From a virus (taxonomy: Duplodnaviria; Caudoviricetes), in the IMG/VR virus record IMGVR_UViG_3300046059_000011, positions 1 through 35,330 of that record: 35,330 bases of DNA; one strand, given 5' to 3'. This document shows, in pieces, positions 1 to 8,454 of this stretch. Below the pieces are notes generated by a model. That model saw only the letters and a list, made by a program, of their open reading frames with translations, was not told where the DNA came from and ran no database searches. A program made the translations under genes and the position numbers. Numbering within the stretch: position 1 is the stretch's first letter; each line of letters opens with the position of its first letter.

Positions 1-2
1 CA

Positions 3-761
3 CTATGTCACCCTGAAGTGGCCTTCCCTGGGGCAGTAGATTTCACCGCGTTTCTTCAACACCTCGATGTGGTGCTGGATGGTTTCTGGGTCGGATCCAG
101 TGGCTTCTACTGCCCGCTGGATCACTGCACCTTCCGGTGCCATTTCATCATCGTGCTGTGCCTCGATGTCTCGGATCGATTGAAGTGTTTCTTCCATACG
201 TTCCACCTGGGGGGCTTCCCCAGTATCCGTATCAGGATCGCTTCCATCTGGTTCGCCACTTCCGCTGTGGGGTTCGATGCGTTCGATCTGGATGTTCGTG
301 AATACAGCCGACTGGCACACTTCGGTGCGTACTGCATCGGGTGGCCGAAGGCTGTGATTGATGGGGTGCCAGTTCCCGATCAGTTCATCCACGGCTTCAG
401 CCGACAGTGGCCGATGCAGGTACACGTGGAATCCCTCGGTGTGGGGTTCGTGAACGATGAAGATGTATCCGCCATCGTTCGCCAGTAGATCCTGATGGGC
501 GTAATCCCAGATCTGGAACCGGCCACGGCTGCCGTCCCCGTTGTATCGGATCTGGCAGGATTTCACTTCGATGGGGGTGTTCGTTCGGGGGTCTACTGCA
601 TCGTGGGCTGATTCCGGGCAGAAGTCTGAATCCTGGGGATCTAGATCGTAGTGATCACGAACCCACTGTTCAGCATCGTTTCCGTTTTGCTTCGATCCGG
701 TGGACAGTTCGCCTGGCCACTGTTTTGGATCGAAGCCACGCTGCTGTTCAGGATCAGCCAT
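3..761 (-). CDS. PD-(D/E)XK restriction-like nuclease fused to a C-terminal MCM-type winged-helix domain
   Basis: HDAVD...PIEVKSC nuclease motif. C-terminus IQHHIEVLKKRGEIYCPREGHFRVT resembles the haloarchaeal MCM C-terminal wHTH. In-frame ATG at 761 preferred over the ORF-track start at 821. Confidence 0.65.
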   Translation of the reverse strand: MADPEQQRGFDPKQWPGELSTGSKQNGNDAEQWVRDHYDLDPQDSDFCPESAHDAVDPRTNTPIEVKSCQIRYNGDGSRGRFQIWDYAHQDLLANDGGYIFIVHEPHTEGFHVYLHRPLSAEAVDELIGNWHPINHSLRPPDAVRTEVCQSAVFTNIQIERIEPHSGSGEPDGSDPDTDTGEAPQVERMEETLQSIRDIEAQHDDEMAPEGAVIQRAVEATGSDPETIQHHIEVLKKRGEIYCPREGHFRVT

Positions 762-1064
762 CACCGAAAACACCCCTCGATGGGGATCTGGCCGGGAACA
801 CCCCGGCTTCCCCGGACGCAACTAAGGCCCTACAACACTGCCGGGGACGAACCGGCAGCCCCAGGCAGGCCCGTTTCCAGCCTGGATTCCGACACTGATC
901 CCGCCTGGCGTTCGCCTGGTGTTCGTCGTACCGATACCTTCCCGCGTTCCGACAGCCGTGGATGTGGTGGGGATTAGAGGATCGATCACCACCGTTCAGG
1001 GGTTTGGGTGGGGTAACATCGTTCGCTGCACGATACACCCTGGGATGCTGTGGCATAGATTATG

Positions 1065-1084
1065 AACCATCATCACGCTGGTTT
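1065..1084 (-). promoter_or_regulatory. Degenerate copy of the AACCAGC-ATCAC-GCTGG palindromic promoter element
   Basis: aaccatcatcacgctggttt, one mismatch to the 33171 copy, intergenic, followed on the minus strand by TTCATAAT. Confidence 0.5.
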
Positions 1085-1085
1085 G

Positions 1086-1439
1086 TCACCAGTTACTTTC
1101 CTCGGGGTCCACACGGATTATCGCTTCCAATTCCCAGAGCACCGCTTCAGCGGTGACATCTGGGCCTTCCTGAACCGATACAACCAGTTTATCGGCGTGT
1201 TTCGTGGATTCTTCAGTGATGCCTTTCAGCCGTTCCTGGGCATATTCTGGGGATCCGATGGGGCCTTCCACGGTGGTAAGTTCGAGGTTCACGATGTAGT
1301 GATCACGATTATATGATTCCACGTGAAGCTGGGTGACAGCGTGGCCCAGTTCCTCGATCTGTTCTGTCGCTTCGGCCACGGCCAGATGCACATCTGTCGG
1401 GATGCGTTCCGGTGGGATGTCGGGTGAACGTTCCACCAC
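1086..1439 (-). CDS. hypothetical acidic protein
   Basis: Acidic ORF with GGTGA SD upstream, closely packed with neighbours. Confidence 0.75.
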   Translation of the reverse strand: MVERSPDIPPERIPTDVHLAVAEATEQIEELGHAVTQLHVESYNRDHYIVNLELTTVEGPIGSPEYAQERLKGITEESTKHADKLVVSVQEGPDVTAEAVLWELEAIIRVDPEESNW

Positions 1440-1445
1440 GCCAGA

Positions 1446-1970
1446 TCACCTGCCCCCTTCCAGGAATTCCATCAGTTTCTGGCGTTCCTCGGAATCTTCA
1501 GGCAGTTCCAGCGTGGCTTCGATGGTGATTTCCCCCAGTTCGGCCTGGGGTTCGAACGCTTCATACCGGCCTTCGGGGGCTGGTGGGGCAGGATCCCAGG
1601 TGAAATCCAGATCATCGATGTGGATCCGTTCGCCTGCCACCTGCACGAACGGCGTGAACTGCTGTGCATCGAGGTATGTAATCAGGCCAGGCGGGTGCGT
1701 TACTTCCTGATCTTCCTGGATGAACGCACCGTTCGAAGCCAGAAAGTGTTCCACATCCCGAAGCGTATCCAGGCGGTCCTGGCTGATGTCGGGTTCGGCC
1801 TGCTGTTCACGCACCCAGGCCAGCAGCCCTTGCACCAGATCACCTTCACGGAAGCCGTTCCGGTATCCCAGCAGGAACGCCTGTTCCTGCACTTTCTGAT
1901 TGTATTCCTGAAGCCGTTCACTGATTCCGCCCATTTCCCCCGTTCCAGGGGGAAGGTTTGTGTCGTTCAT
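1446..1970 (-). CDS. hypothetical acidic protein
   Basis: Acidic 174-aa ORF, TAATG overlap with the upstream gene. Confidence 0.8.
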   Translation of the reverse strand: MNDTNLPPGTGEMGGISERLQEYNQKVQEQAFLLGYRNGFREGDLVQGLLAWVREQQAEPDISQDRLDTLRDVEHFLASNGAFIQEDQEVTHPPGLITYLDAQQFTPFVQVAGERIHIDDLDFTWDPAPPAPEGRYEAFEPQAELGEITIEATLELPEDSEERQKLMEFLEGGR

Positions 1971-2527
1971 TAGTAATAATCCGCTGGGTTTGCTTCACCG
2001 TTCGTGATCAGGTGATCGATGCGGTTCTGGATCCGTTTCTGGATGTGTTCGCCTGCCTCGATGGGATCCATCCCGGCGTGCAGCCGATACACCAGGTACA
2101 GGCTGATCACGTGGGCGTGGCACAGTTTCGGGAGGCACCAGCAGGCGATGGGCTTTCCGTAACAGTTCAGCACTGCATCCTGCATTTCCTCGGATTCCTG
2201 CACTGCCTCGATCAGCGTATCAGCGTATTTCAGCAGGCTGTCCTTCCTGGCGTGTTCGGAAACAGGATGCGGGTTCGCCAGTGGTGATCGGTCTAGATCA
2301 TAGTGGGCGTTCCGCCTGCCCACATAGATCGCTGGCCCGTCTTTCACGTCCTGAAATCCGGTGGGATTCCCGTTCAGGATCACCACGGATTCAGTCACCT
2401 GGCGGTGTTCCTCGGATGCGGCCAGATCCCAGGCATCGATAACGTGCTGCCAGTTCTGGATCAGGTCGGGGTCGGGTTCTGCCGACATTATTATGGCCAT
2501 CGTGGGGGGATCGGCCCGATGATCCAC
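1970..2527 (-). CDS. DUF4326-like protein
   Basis: AIYVGR...SPLANPH...GKPIACWCLPKLCHAHVI signature. The true start is probably near 2488-2500. Confidence 0.75.
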   Translation of the reverse strand: MDHRADPPTMAIIMSAEPDPDLIQNWQHVIDAWDLAASEEHRQVTESVVILNGNPTGFQDVKDGPAIYVGRRNAHYDLDRSPLANPHPVSEHARKDSLLKYADTLIEAVQESEEMQDAVLNCYGKPIACWCLPKLCHAHVISLYLVYRLHAGMDPIEAGEHIQKRIQNRIDHLITNGEANPADYY

Positions 2528-2709
2528 GCACTGGCCACCATCAGCAGGCAGGCCACGCCAGTGATGAAGAACCAGGCTGATTCAGGCTGTGGATATGCCA
2601 TCATCGCCACACCGATCATCAACACTGAAACCAGCCCGATGAACCCGAACAGCAGGCATTTCAGGATGGCTGTGATGTAACCCATATCAGGGGTTGTGTA
2701 ATGAACCAT
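2491..2709 (-). CDS. small membrane protein (2 TM)
   Basis: Two hydrophobic segments; fills the gap between neighbouring genes. Confidence 0.6.
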   Translation of the reverse strand: MVHYTTPDMGYITAILKCLLFGFIGLVSVLMIGVAMMAYPQPESAWFFITGVACLLMVASAWIIGPIPPRWP

Positions 2710-3121
2710 CTTTTATCACCATCCCGTTCATTTCCTGGGTGATTTTCCAGTGCTGGCCGGTGTCCACCAGATCATCGAGGCTGAAGAACTGGTGGCCACC
2801 CTGGTAGTTCTTCCACGATACAGCGAACAGCACCCGGCCACCCGTGATGTCTCGGATCCGTTCGCACTGCTGTTTTTCTTCATCGAGAATCTGGCAGGTG
2901 GGTGGCTTCCGGTGTTTTTCCTCGATGATCAGCACCTGGGTGTGGTGGCCTTCATACTGGCTGATCACCGGATCATCCCGAAGGGCCACGATGTCGGCCT
3001 GATCGATGTATTCCTCGGTTTCTTCATCCAGGATTCCGTGGCCGCTGGATGGGGCTTTCTGGGTGTAGAATTCAGCCTGATGCAGTGCCTGCTGAAGTTT
3101 CCGTTCGCTATAATTCGACAT
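2687..3121 (-). CDS. hjc: archaeal-type Holliday junction resolvase (Hjc family)
   Basis: ERKLQQAL...KAPSSG...ADIVAL...LIIEEK follows the Hjc E..R/K.P.SG..D.IA..IE.K pattern. Confidence 0.7.
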   Translation of the reverse strand: MSNYSERKLQQALHQAEFYTQKAPSSGHGILDEETEEYIDQADIVALRDDPVISQYEGHHTQVLIIEEKHRKPPTCQILDEEKQQCERIRDITGGRVLFAVSWKNYQGGHQFFSLDDLVDTGQHWKITQEMNGMVIKDGSLHNP

Positions 3122-3503
3122 TGATATTCACCCCGTCTTTCATCACCCGAAAGCACACACCCAGGTGGCTTTTCCTGGCGATGCTGAACTGGATGGCATA
3201 GTGTTCCCCTGGCTTCACCGGATCGCCATCGTTCGGTTCTTCCGCTGAAACGGTGGCTGATGTTACCAAAACCACTGGTTCGCCATCATCCGTTTCCGTT
3301 TCGTAAAGGATGATATACTGATGTTTCAGGGGTTCTGGATTATCGGTTCGGACCCAGGTGAATTCAGTTTCATCCACCACGGTAATGAAGGCCACCGTTC
3401 CCTTCCTGGATACTTCATTCCCGGATCGGGACGAACGATAATACGCCTTCACATCATCGCCAGGATCGAGGATCGATATTTCGGGGGGTCCGTAATCAGG
3501 CAT
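3108..3503 (-). CDS. hypothetical beta-rich protein
   Basis: Acidic ORF, ATG at 3503 overlapping the end of the upstream gene. Confidence 0.7.
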   Translation of the reverse strand: MPDYGPPEISILDPGDDVKAYYRSSRSGNEVSRKGTVAFITVVDETEFTWVRTDNPEPLKHQYIILYETETDDGEPVVLVTSATVSAEEPNDGDPVKPGEHYAIQFSIARKSHLGVCFRVMKDGVNINVEL

Positions 3504-3990
3504 CGAACCACCCCTGGCCACCATCTGTGCCACGTGGCAGTTCCTCGGTTCGGGGTTCGGCTTCCCGATCCGCCAGTTCCCGAAGCGAACAGGAATACTG
3601 CCGGGGCAGGTTCAGCCAGCGTTCACCGCGTTTCTGGCGTTCGGCTGCCTTAGTCTCGGGTTCCCCGACCCGTTCGTATGCAGTGGGGTGGAACACCATC
3701 GAACGGTAGAACGGGTGATCCTGGTAGTAAACCAGAATCAGGCGGTCCTGATCTGCTGCCATCTTCACCAGTTTCTGCATCACGCCGATGGTTTCCGGTT
3801 CATCGGGCAGGTAACTGAAGCCCGTGAACACGAACTGCTGCCGTTCCTCGGGATTCACCTGAAGCACACCACGGAAGCCGATCAGTTTATTCCCAGATCC
3901 ACGGTGTCTGATCGAGTCGGTGATCCCGCATCGAGGCTTCCCCTCGATGATCTGCCGAAGTTCCGAAAGAACGCTTCCATCACCAGCCAT
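3496..3990 (-). CDS. hypothetical protein
   Basis: 164-aa ORF coupled to both neighbours. Confidence 0.75.
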   Translation of the reverse strand: MAGDGSVLSELRQIIEGKPRCGITDSIRHRGSGNKLIGFRGVLQVNPEERQQFVFTGFSYLPDEPETIGVMQKLVKMAADQDRLILVYYQDHPFYRSMVFHPTAYERVGEPETKAAERQKRGERWLNLPRQYSCSLRELADREAEPRTEELPRGTDGGQGWFDA

Positions 3991-3991
3991 C

Positions 3992-4207
3992 TTAGTGGAA
4001 CCCTGGGTTCTGTTCTGAATCCGGTTCGGTTTCAGGCCGATACGATGGGGCCACCTTAGCGAACATGATCACTGTGGCTGCACCGGCAGCGTAAGCCATC
4101 GCCAGGTAGAAGCCGGTGAACCACCAGATGGTGGCCGTTCCCGCTGTCACAGCCAGTATCAGGCCCGCCAGGAACTGCCTGGCGTGATCAGCCCGATCAC
4201 CCGCCAT
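3992..4207 (-). CDS. small membrane protein (2 TM)
   Basis: FLAGLILAVTAGTATIWWFTGFYLAMAYAAGAATVIMF; start after a GGTGA SD. Confidence 0.65.
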   Translation of the reverse strand: MAGDRADHARQFLAGLILAVTAGTATIWWFTGFYLAMAYAAGAATVIMFAKVAPSYRPETEPDSEQNPGFH

Positions 4208-4604
4208 CATCACCACCAGGCACATCGCCCAGTTCCACGGCTGGATCCTCGACGTGTTGGGCAGCACGCATCTGCCTGGAATCACGCACCAGATCCCAAG
4301 CCCGATCCGTGAACTTCAGCACTTCCATCCCGCCGTGGTCCACCATCGGGTGGGTTTCTTCCGCATCGAGGATCCCAGCAGCCCCGAACAGTTTCAGGTT
4401 CTGCTGATCATGGTAGTTCATCTGTTCCAGATCCAGTTCACCACCATCATCCACCAGCCTGGATTCCACATACAGCAGGGTGTTCCGTTCACCCCTCGAT
4501 AGATCGGCTGCATCCAGGATCTGATCACAGTCGTGATCGATGATTCCCAGGATGTTCAGCGGATTCCCACACGTGGTGCAGGTGTATCCCCCTTCAAGTT
4601 CCAT
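4197..4604 (-). CDS. hypothetical protein with N-terminal CxxC/HxC zinc motif
   Basis: YTCTTCG...DHDC; acidic; ATG at 4604 after a GGTGA SD. Confidence 0.75.
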   Translation of the reverse strand: MELEGGYTCTTCGNPLNILGIIDHDCDQILDAADLSRGERNTLLYVESRLVDDGGELDLEQMNYHDQQNLKLFGAAGILDAEETHPMVDHGGMEVLKFTDRAWDLVRDSRQMRAAQHVEDPAVELGDVPGGDDGG

Positions 4605-4995
4605 CCTGATCACCCAGATTTTCCTCGGGTGCCTGAAGTTCGAACGTGGCTTCACTATCCAGTTCCAGTTCCTCGGGATCTAGATCGGCTTCAGCTAGAT
4701 CCTTTCTGGCCCCGGCCATCACGGGTTCATCGGCTTCGAACATCGCATTCACCAGTTCGTTCACGGAATCGAACCCGTGGGTTTCCAGTGCCACTTCCAG
4801 CCACCGCTGATCTTCCTCGATGTCGCTGGATTCCACTTCCTTCAGCCAGCGAACTAAGGCACCATTCGCTGCTGCACGCATCGGGGCCTGTTCGTTCGTT
4901 TCTCGGTTCTTCGCCACCTTCCGAACGATGTCGGTGATGGTGGCTTCCGGTTTGATACTTCCCTGTTCGCCGCTGATTCTGTCGTTTTCGTTCAT
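4594..4995 (-). CDS. hypothetical acidic protein
   Basis: Acidic helical ORF, coupled to the downstream gene. Confidence 0.75.
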   Translation of the reverse strand: MNENDRISGEQGSIKPEATITDIVRKVAKNRETNEQAPMRAAANGALVRWLKEVESSDIEEDQRWLEVALETHGFDSVNELVNAMFEADEPVMAGARKDLAEADLDPEELELDSEATFELQAPEENLGDQDGT

Positions 4996-5005
4996 CTGTA
5001 TCGTG

Positions 5006-5323
5006 TTATCTGTGATCCATCCGTGGATCCCCGTAATCTGCCTTCACGTTATGACGCCAGAATATGGCCCCACACGTTCTGCACTGCATCAGGTCCCATT
5101 TATCGTGGCCGCTGATGATGGTGGGTTCGGCCACATCTGGATCCTCGGGGACATCACCCGGCCAGTCGGGATCTGGGTCCCACGGCTTCGGGGCTGGCCG
5201 CATCAGTTCGGTGGTGTCGCACTGGCAGGTGGTGAACAGTTCACCCACTTCCACAGCCAGATCGATCCCATTCAGATCCTCGATGGTTCGATCATCGAGG
5301 CTGTAAGGGGGGTTCCTGGCCAT
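5006..5323 (-). CDS. zinc-ribbon hypothetical protein
   Basis: CQC...CRTCG motifs; acidic. Confidence 0.7.
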   Translation of the reverse strand: MARNPPYSLDDRTIEDLNGIDLAVEVGELFTTCQCDTTELMRPAPKPWDPDPDWPGDVPEDPDVAEPTIISGHDKWDLMQCRTCGAIFWRHNVKADYGDPRMDHR

Positions 5324-5324
5324 C

Positions 5325-5489
5325 CTACACCACCGGCTGGATTAGGCCAGCCTGAACTGCTGTGAAGTATGCACCGATGGCCAGCACAGCACCCACCAGC
5401 ATTTCATCGATCAGTGCAGCCCGAAGGCCATTCACGATGAACAGCAGTGCCAGCAGCCCCAGGATCACGGTGGCAGCGAACCACAGCAT
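5325..5489 (-). CDS. 54-aa membrane microprotein (not in ORF track)
   Basis: Translated by hand: MLWFAATVILGLLALLFIVNGLRAALIDEMLVGAVLAIGAYFTAVQAGLIQPVV; TGATG overlap and GGTGA SD. Confidence 0.7.
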   Translation of the reverse strand: MLWFAATVILGLLALLFIVNGLRAALIDEMLVGAVLAIGAYFTAVQAGLIQPVV

Positions 5490-5740
5490 CACTGATCACC
5501 GTTCATCACTTCGAACCGGGGATCATCCATCGCGGTTCGGATGAACCGTTCGTGCTGTTCCCTGCTGAATTCCCTCGATGCATCCACCAGTTCGTTCACT
5601 GTCTCGGAATCCACCGGGGGTTCATCGATCACCTGGGCCACTTCATCGCCATCGTGCCTGCTGCTATTATGGTTCGAAACCGTGGGTTCTGCTTCCTTAG
5701 TTTCAACCACGCTGTTACAGGCGGGGCATACAGCCAGCAT
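5489..5740 (-). CDS. small CxxC/H zinc-binding protein
   Basis: CPAC...HNSSRH; TGATG coupling. Confidence 0.75.
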   Translation of the reverse strand: MLAVCPACNSVVETKEAEPTVSNHNSSRHDGDEVAQVIDEPPVDSETVNELVDASREFSREQHERFIRTAMDDPRFEVMNGDQ

Positions 5741-6195
5741 CAGGAATCACCCTGTTCCGGTTCCACTTCATAGATACCGAGGGAATCGGTGTTCCTGATG
5801 GCGATCTGTCTTTCACCGTGGCCATCCAGGTATATCGCTGCATCACCGCCTGTAACCCGGTATCCCGATTCTAGCTGAACGGTTCGATCCGATTCCCGTT
5901 TGGGAAGATTATCTGGGATGTCGTGGAACTGCATCCGAAGTTCGGGTTCCTCGATCACCAGGCCACCGAACCGCATCCCGGTCAGATCATTAGGGTAACT
6001 GCTGGAATTATCGAACGTGATTCCGATACCTAGATATGGTGCATTCGGGGTTTCGAACACCGCCATCACGTTCCCGGCGTGTTCCTCGGTGCCTGGCGTG
6101 AACCGTAACAGTTCAGCACCTTCCATCCAGGCTTCGATCTGTTCTTTAGACAGTTCACCCGGTGAATCCTCGGTATCGCCATCCGGGGGATTCAC
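5740..6195 (-). CDS. hypothetical protein
   Basis: Acidic ORF with GTGA overlap and SD. Confidence 0.75.
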   Translation of the reverse strand: MNPPDGDTEDSPGELSKEQIEAWMEGAELLRFTPGTEEHAGNVMAVFETPNAPYLGIGITFDNSSSYPNDLTGMRFGGLVIEEPELRMQFHDIPDNLPKRESDRTVQLESGYRVTGGDAAIYLDGHGERQIAIRNTDSLGIYEVEPEQGDS

Positions 6196-6344
6196 TGCTG
6201 ATCACCATCCCAGTCGGTTAGATCTTCCTCGGGTTCGTTCGAATCCTGGTAGGCCATACGCTGCACCGCCATCCCGAAGAACGTTCCCAGCAGGAAGGCC
6301 CCAAACAGGCCCAGGGAATACAGTGCGATCTGCACCCCCACCAT
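6192..6344 (-). CDS. 50-aa single-TM microprotein (not in ORF track)
   Basis: Translated by hand: MVGVQIALYSLGLFGAFLLGTFFGMAVQRMAYQDSNEPEEDLTDWDGDQQ; overlaps both neighbours at start/stop. Confidence 0.7.
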   Translation of the reverse strand: MVGVQIALYSLGLFGAFLLGTFFGMAVQRMAYQDSNEPEEDLTDWDGDQQ

Positions 6345-6667
6345 CACTGATCCCGTTCCTCGGAATCGGCCAGATCCTCGATCATCTGGGTGGTTTCTTC
6401 ATCGGCTGCCTCGATGAATTCCGTGTTATCCTCCACTTCATCCACCATCGCATTGACCACATCCACGACAGTATCCCGAGACAGCCGGGAAACCCCTTCA
6501 CGCCGATGAACACCATCCACGAACGTATCGAACATCGCCCCATCATCCTTCAGGGCCTGAATCCCATCGGTTAGGGATCGATACGCCACGTATTTCTGCA
6601 CGATTTTGCTGTTTAGGATCTGTTCTAACTGGGATTCAGTCAGATCATCAGGCTTCATTTGAATCAC
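6344..6667 (-). CDS. hypothetical acidic protein
   Basis: Acidic helical ORF; the start may be the ATG at 6658. Confidence 0.75.
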   Translation of the reverse strand: MIQMKPDDLTESQLEQILNSKIVQKYVAYRSLTDGIQALKDDGAMFDTFVDGVHRREGVSRLSRDTVVDVVNAMVDEVEDNTEFIEAADEETTQMIEDLADSEERDQ

Positions 6668-6986
6668 CTTCCTCGATCCTAAACACCTTTTCTGGATGTT
6701 CTTCAGTCTCGATAGCCATCATCCCAGCTTCTAGATCAGCGTGATGATCGCCGCCTTCAGGAACGGCACCCAGAACGCCCGAAGTTTCACCCGGGCCGTG
6801 TTCAGTAGTTTCCATTTCACCTGTTACGCTCGGGGTTCTGATAGTGAATTGGCCGATGTACCCCACCAGGTAATCCGGCAGGATCAGTTCCCCATCTTCC
6901 ACCACCAGCGTATCATCCGGCGTGGCTGTGGGAACCTCGGTATCTGTCCCATATTCATCCGGGGAAGGGGGTTCTTCAGGCTTCAT
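6648..6986 (-). CDS. hypothetical acidic protein
   Basis: Acidic ORF overlapping both neighbours. Confidence 0.7.
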   Translation of the reverse strand: MKPEEPPSPDEYGTDTEVPTATPDDTLVVEDGELILPDYLVGYIGQFTIRTPSVTGEMETTEHGPGETSGVLGAVPEGGDHHADLEAGMMAIETEEHPEKVFRIEEGDSNEA

Positions 6987-7338
6987 CCAGATTACCCACC
7001 TGTTCCGCTGTTGCGTCCCAGTTTTCGAACCCTGGTTCAGACAGCCGGTTACTGATCATCTGCTGCACTTCCCCGTTCACGTTCCGATGCAGGTTCAGCA
7101 GTTTCTGCCGAAGGGCCTGTTCGTGCTGATCTGAAGCCAGCCGAAGCACTGGCCGGAACTGAACCCGGACGGATGCGTATGGTTCGAACGATTCGTAATC
7201 ACCCGTGGAAACCGTTTCATCCACCGAGACAGTGGCACCCACTGCATACATCGTGGATCCAGCCGGATCTTCAGCCACATCCACTTCGATCCCATCCTGA
7301 AGTTCGATGGAACCCAATTCGGGCTGTTCAGTCGCCAT
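6976..7338 (-). CDS. hypothetical viral protein
   Basis: Acidic frame from the ATG at 7338 (MATEQPEL) after GGTGA; VSTGDYESFEP motif. Confidence 0.75.
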   Translation of the reverse strand: MATEQPELGSIELQDGIEVDVAEDPAGSTMYAVGATVSVDETVSTGDYESFEPYASVRVQFRPVLRLASDQHEQALRQKLLNLHRNVNGEVQQMISNRLSEPGFENWDATAEQVGNLDEA

Positions 7339-7591
7339 CTTCATCACCTGTATCTTTCTCGGTTCGCTGTGGATCGAACTGCCGGGCGTTTTCTGCCAGC
7401 GGTTCGGTCGGGTTTTCACCGACCACAGCCTGATACGACTGCCTGAATTCCTCGATGGCCTGAACTGCCGTTTCACCTTTCCCTTTGATCCGCCATTTTT
7501 CCTGATCGCGGGTTCCCGTTCCTCGGGTGATTTCAGCCTGGATCGATGCACCTTCATCCGTTCGCTTCACGTGTTCTGTTTCGTCAGTCAT
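7328..7591 (-). CDS. small protein of a type recurrent in haloarchaeal mobile elements
   Basis: GASIQAEITRGTGTRDQEKWRIKGKG motif (recognised from memory, not searched). Confidence 0.75.
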   Translation of the reverse strand: MTDETEHVKRTDEGASIQAEITRGTGTRDQEKWRIKGKGETAVQAIEEFRQSYQAVVGENPTEPLAENARQFDPQRTEKDTGDEDGD

Positions 7592-7841
7592 TTTTTGGCT
7601 TCACTTTCATTTCGAACCAGTCGCCATCTGGCCCTTCCCCGACCACTTCCACGGGGAAGCCTGCATCTTCGAACGTTTCCTGCACTGTGCGTTCATCCGC
7701 ATCGGCCACCTTCACCACAGCACCATCCAGAACCGGATGGATCTGGAAGGGCTGTTCTGTTGGATCTGAATCGATCTGATCTACCAGCACTTCCAGCACT
7801 GCATCACGGTGTGCCAGTGCCTGTTCTTTGCCTTCGAACAC
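7584..7841 (-). CDS. hypothetical acidic protein
   Basis: GTG start with GGTGA SD; first gene downstream of leader hairpin A. Confidence 0.75.
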   Translation of the reverse strand: MFEGKEQALAHRDAVLEVLVDQIDSDPTEQPFQIHPVLDGAVVKVADADERTVQETFEDAGFPVEVVGEGPDGDWFEMKVKPKND

Positions 7842-7885
7842 GGTTTATCACCGTATCAGCACCGTTTACTGGCGGTGCCAGCCAG

Positions 7886-7932
7886 AACCGTTCCACCCGG
7901 CCACTGCTGCTGGCCGTGGTGGAAATCCGGTT
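7886..7932 (-). promoter_or_regulatory. Conserved leader hairpin copy A
   Basis: Minus strand: AACCG-GAT-TTCCACC-A-CGGCCA-GCAGCAG-TGGCCG-GGTGGAA-CGGTT. Confidence 0.75.
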
Positions 7933-7970
7933 TATAAACCGTATGTCGCTTTATCTATCCTGGTAGAAGG

Positions 7971-8249
7971 CTACTGCATCAGTTCTTCGCTGAAATCAGC
8001 CTTCCATTGATCGAGGGAACGGGGTGGTTCCCTGCCGTTTTCCTGGTAGTGGCACCGCCTGCACAGTGCCTTCAGGTTCGATTCATCCCCGTTAGTAGGA
8101 TCGCCATCGATGTGGTGAACTTCGAACTGATCCACTTCATCATGGCCACGGCCACAGCAGGGGCAGGTGTAATCTTCTTTATCTCGTTCTGCCCAGAATC
8201 GTTTTGTGTGCTTCGATCTGGCTGAATAGTGTTTCTGATCAGATCCCAT
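7971..8249 (-). CDS. HNH endonuclease
   Basis: CPCCG...FEVHHIDGDPTNGDESNLKALCRRCH; ATG at 8249. Confidence 0.9.
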   Translation of the reverse strand: MGSDQKHYSARSKHTKRFWAERDKEDYTCPCCGRGHDEVDQFEVHHIDGDPTNGDESNLKALCRRCHYQENGREPPRSLDQWKADFSEELMQ

Positions 8250-8251
8250 AG

Positions 8252-8452
8252 TTACAACCAGTCGGTGGCCTGGGTCTGATCCCGTTCTTCCCTGGCCCAG
8301 CGTTTCGCATCGCACTGATCCGAACCACACCGATACACCACCGTGTGGAACCGTTCGTTCAGATCAGGGAACTGTGTTTCCCAGGGAATGGTATCCACCT
8401 GCTGCCAGGCGTGTTCGTGATCCTCGATCTGCCGATCTAGATCATTTCCCAT
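8252..8452 (-). CDS. small hypothetical protein (HxH...CxxxxC)
   Basis: Acidic 66-aa ORF packed between neighbours. Confidence 0.65.
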   Translation of the reverse strand: MGNDLDRQIEDHEHAWQQVDTIPWETQFPDLNERFHTVVYRCGSDQCDAKRWAREERDQTQATDWL

Positions 8453-8454
8453 CC

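Noticed and set aside
838-858. tRNA gene suggested by a T-arm-like hairpin
   Set aside because: The loop is TTCGTCC and I could not build acceptor, D and anticodon arms.
754-1056. 100-aa ORF as a protein gene
   Set aside because: Basic, Cys/Arg-rich composition unlike neighbouring genes; left unannotated but not excluded.
190-1440. GGTGGAACG matches inside coding sequence (about 199 and 1429) as sRNA targets
   Set aside because: Explained by common GTG-GAA-CGN codons, shorter than the leader matches and lacking the hairpin context.
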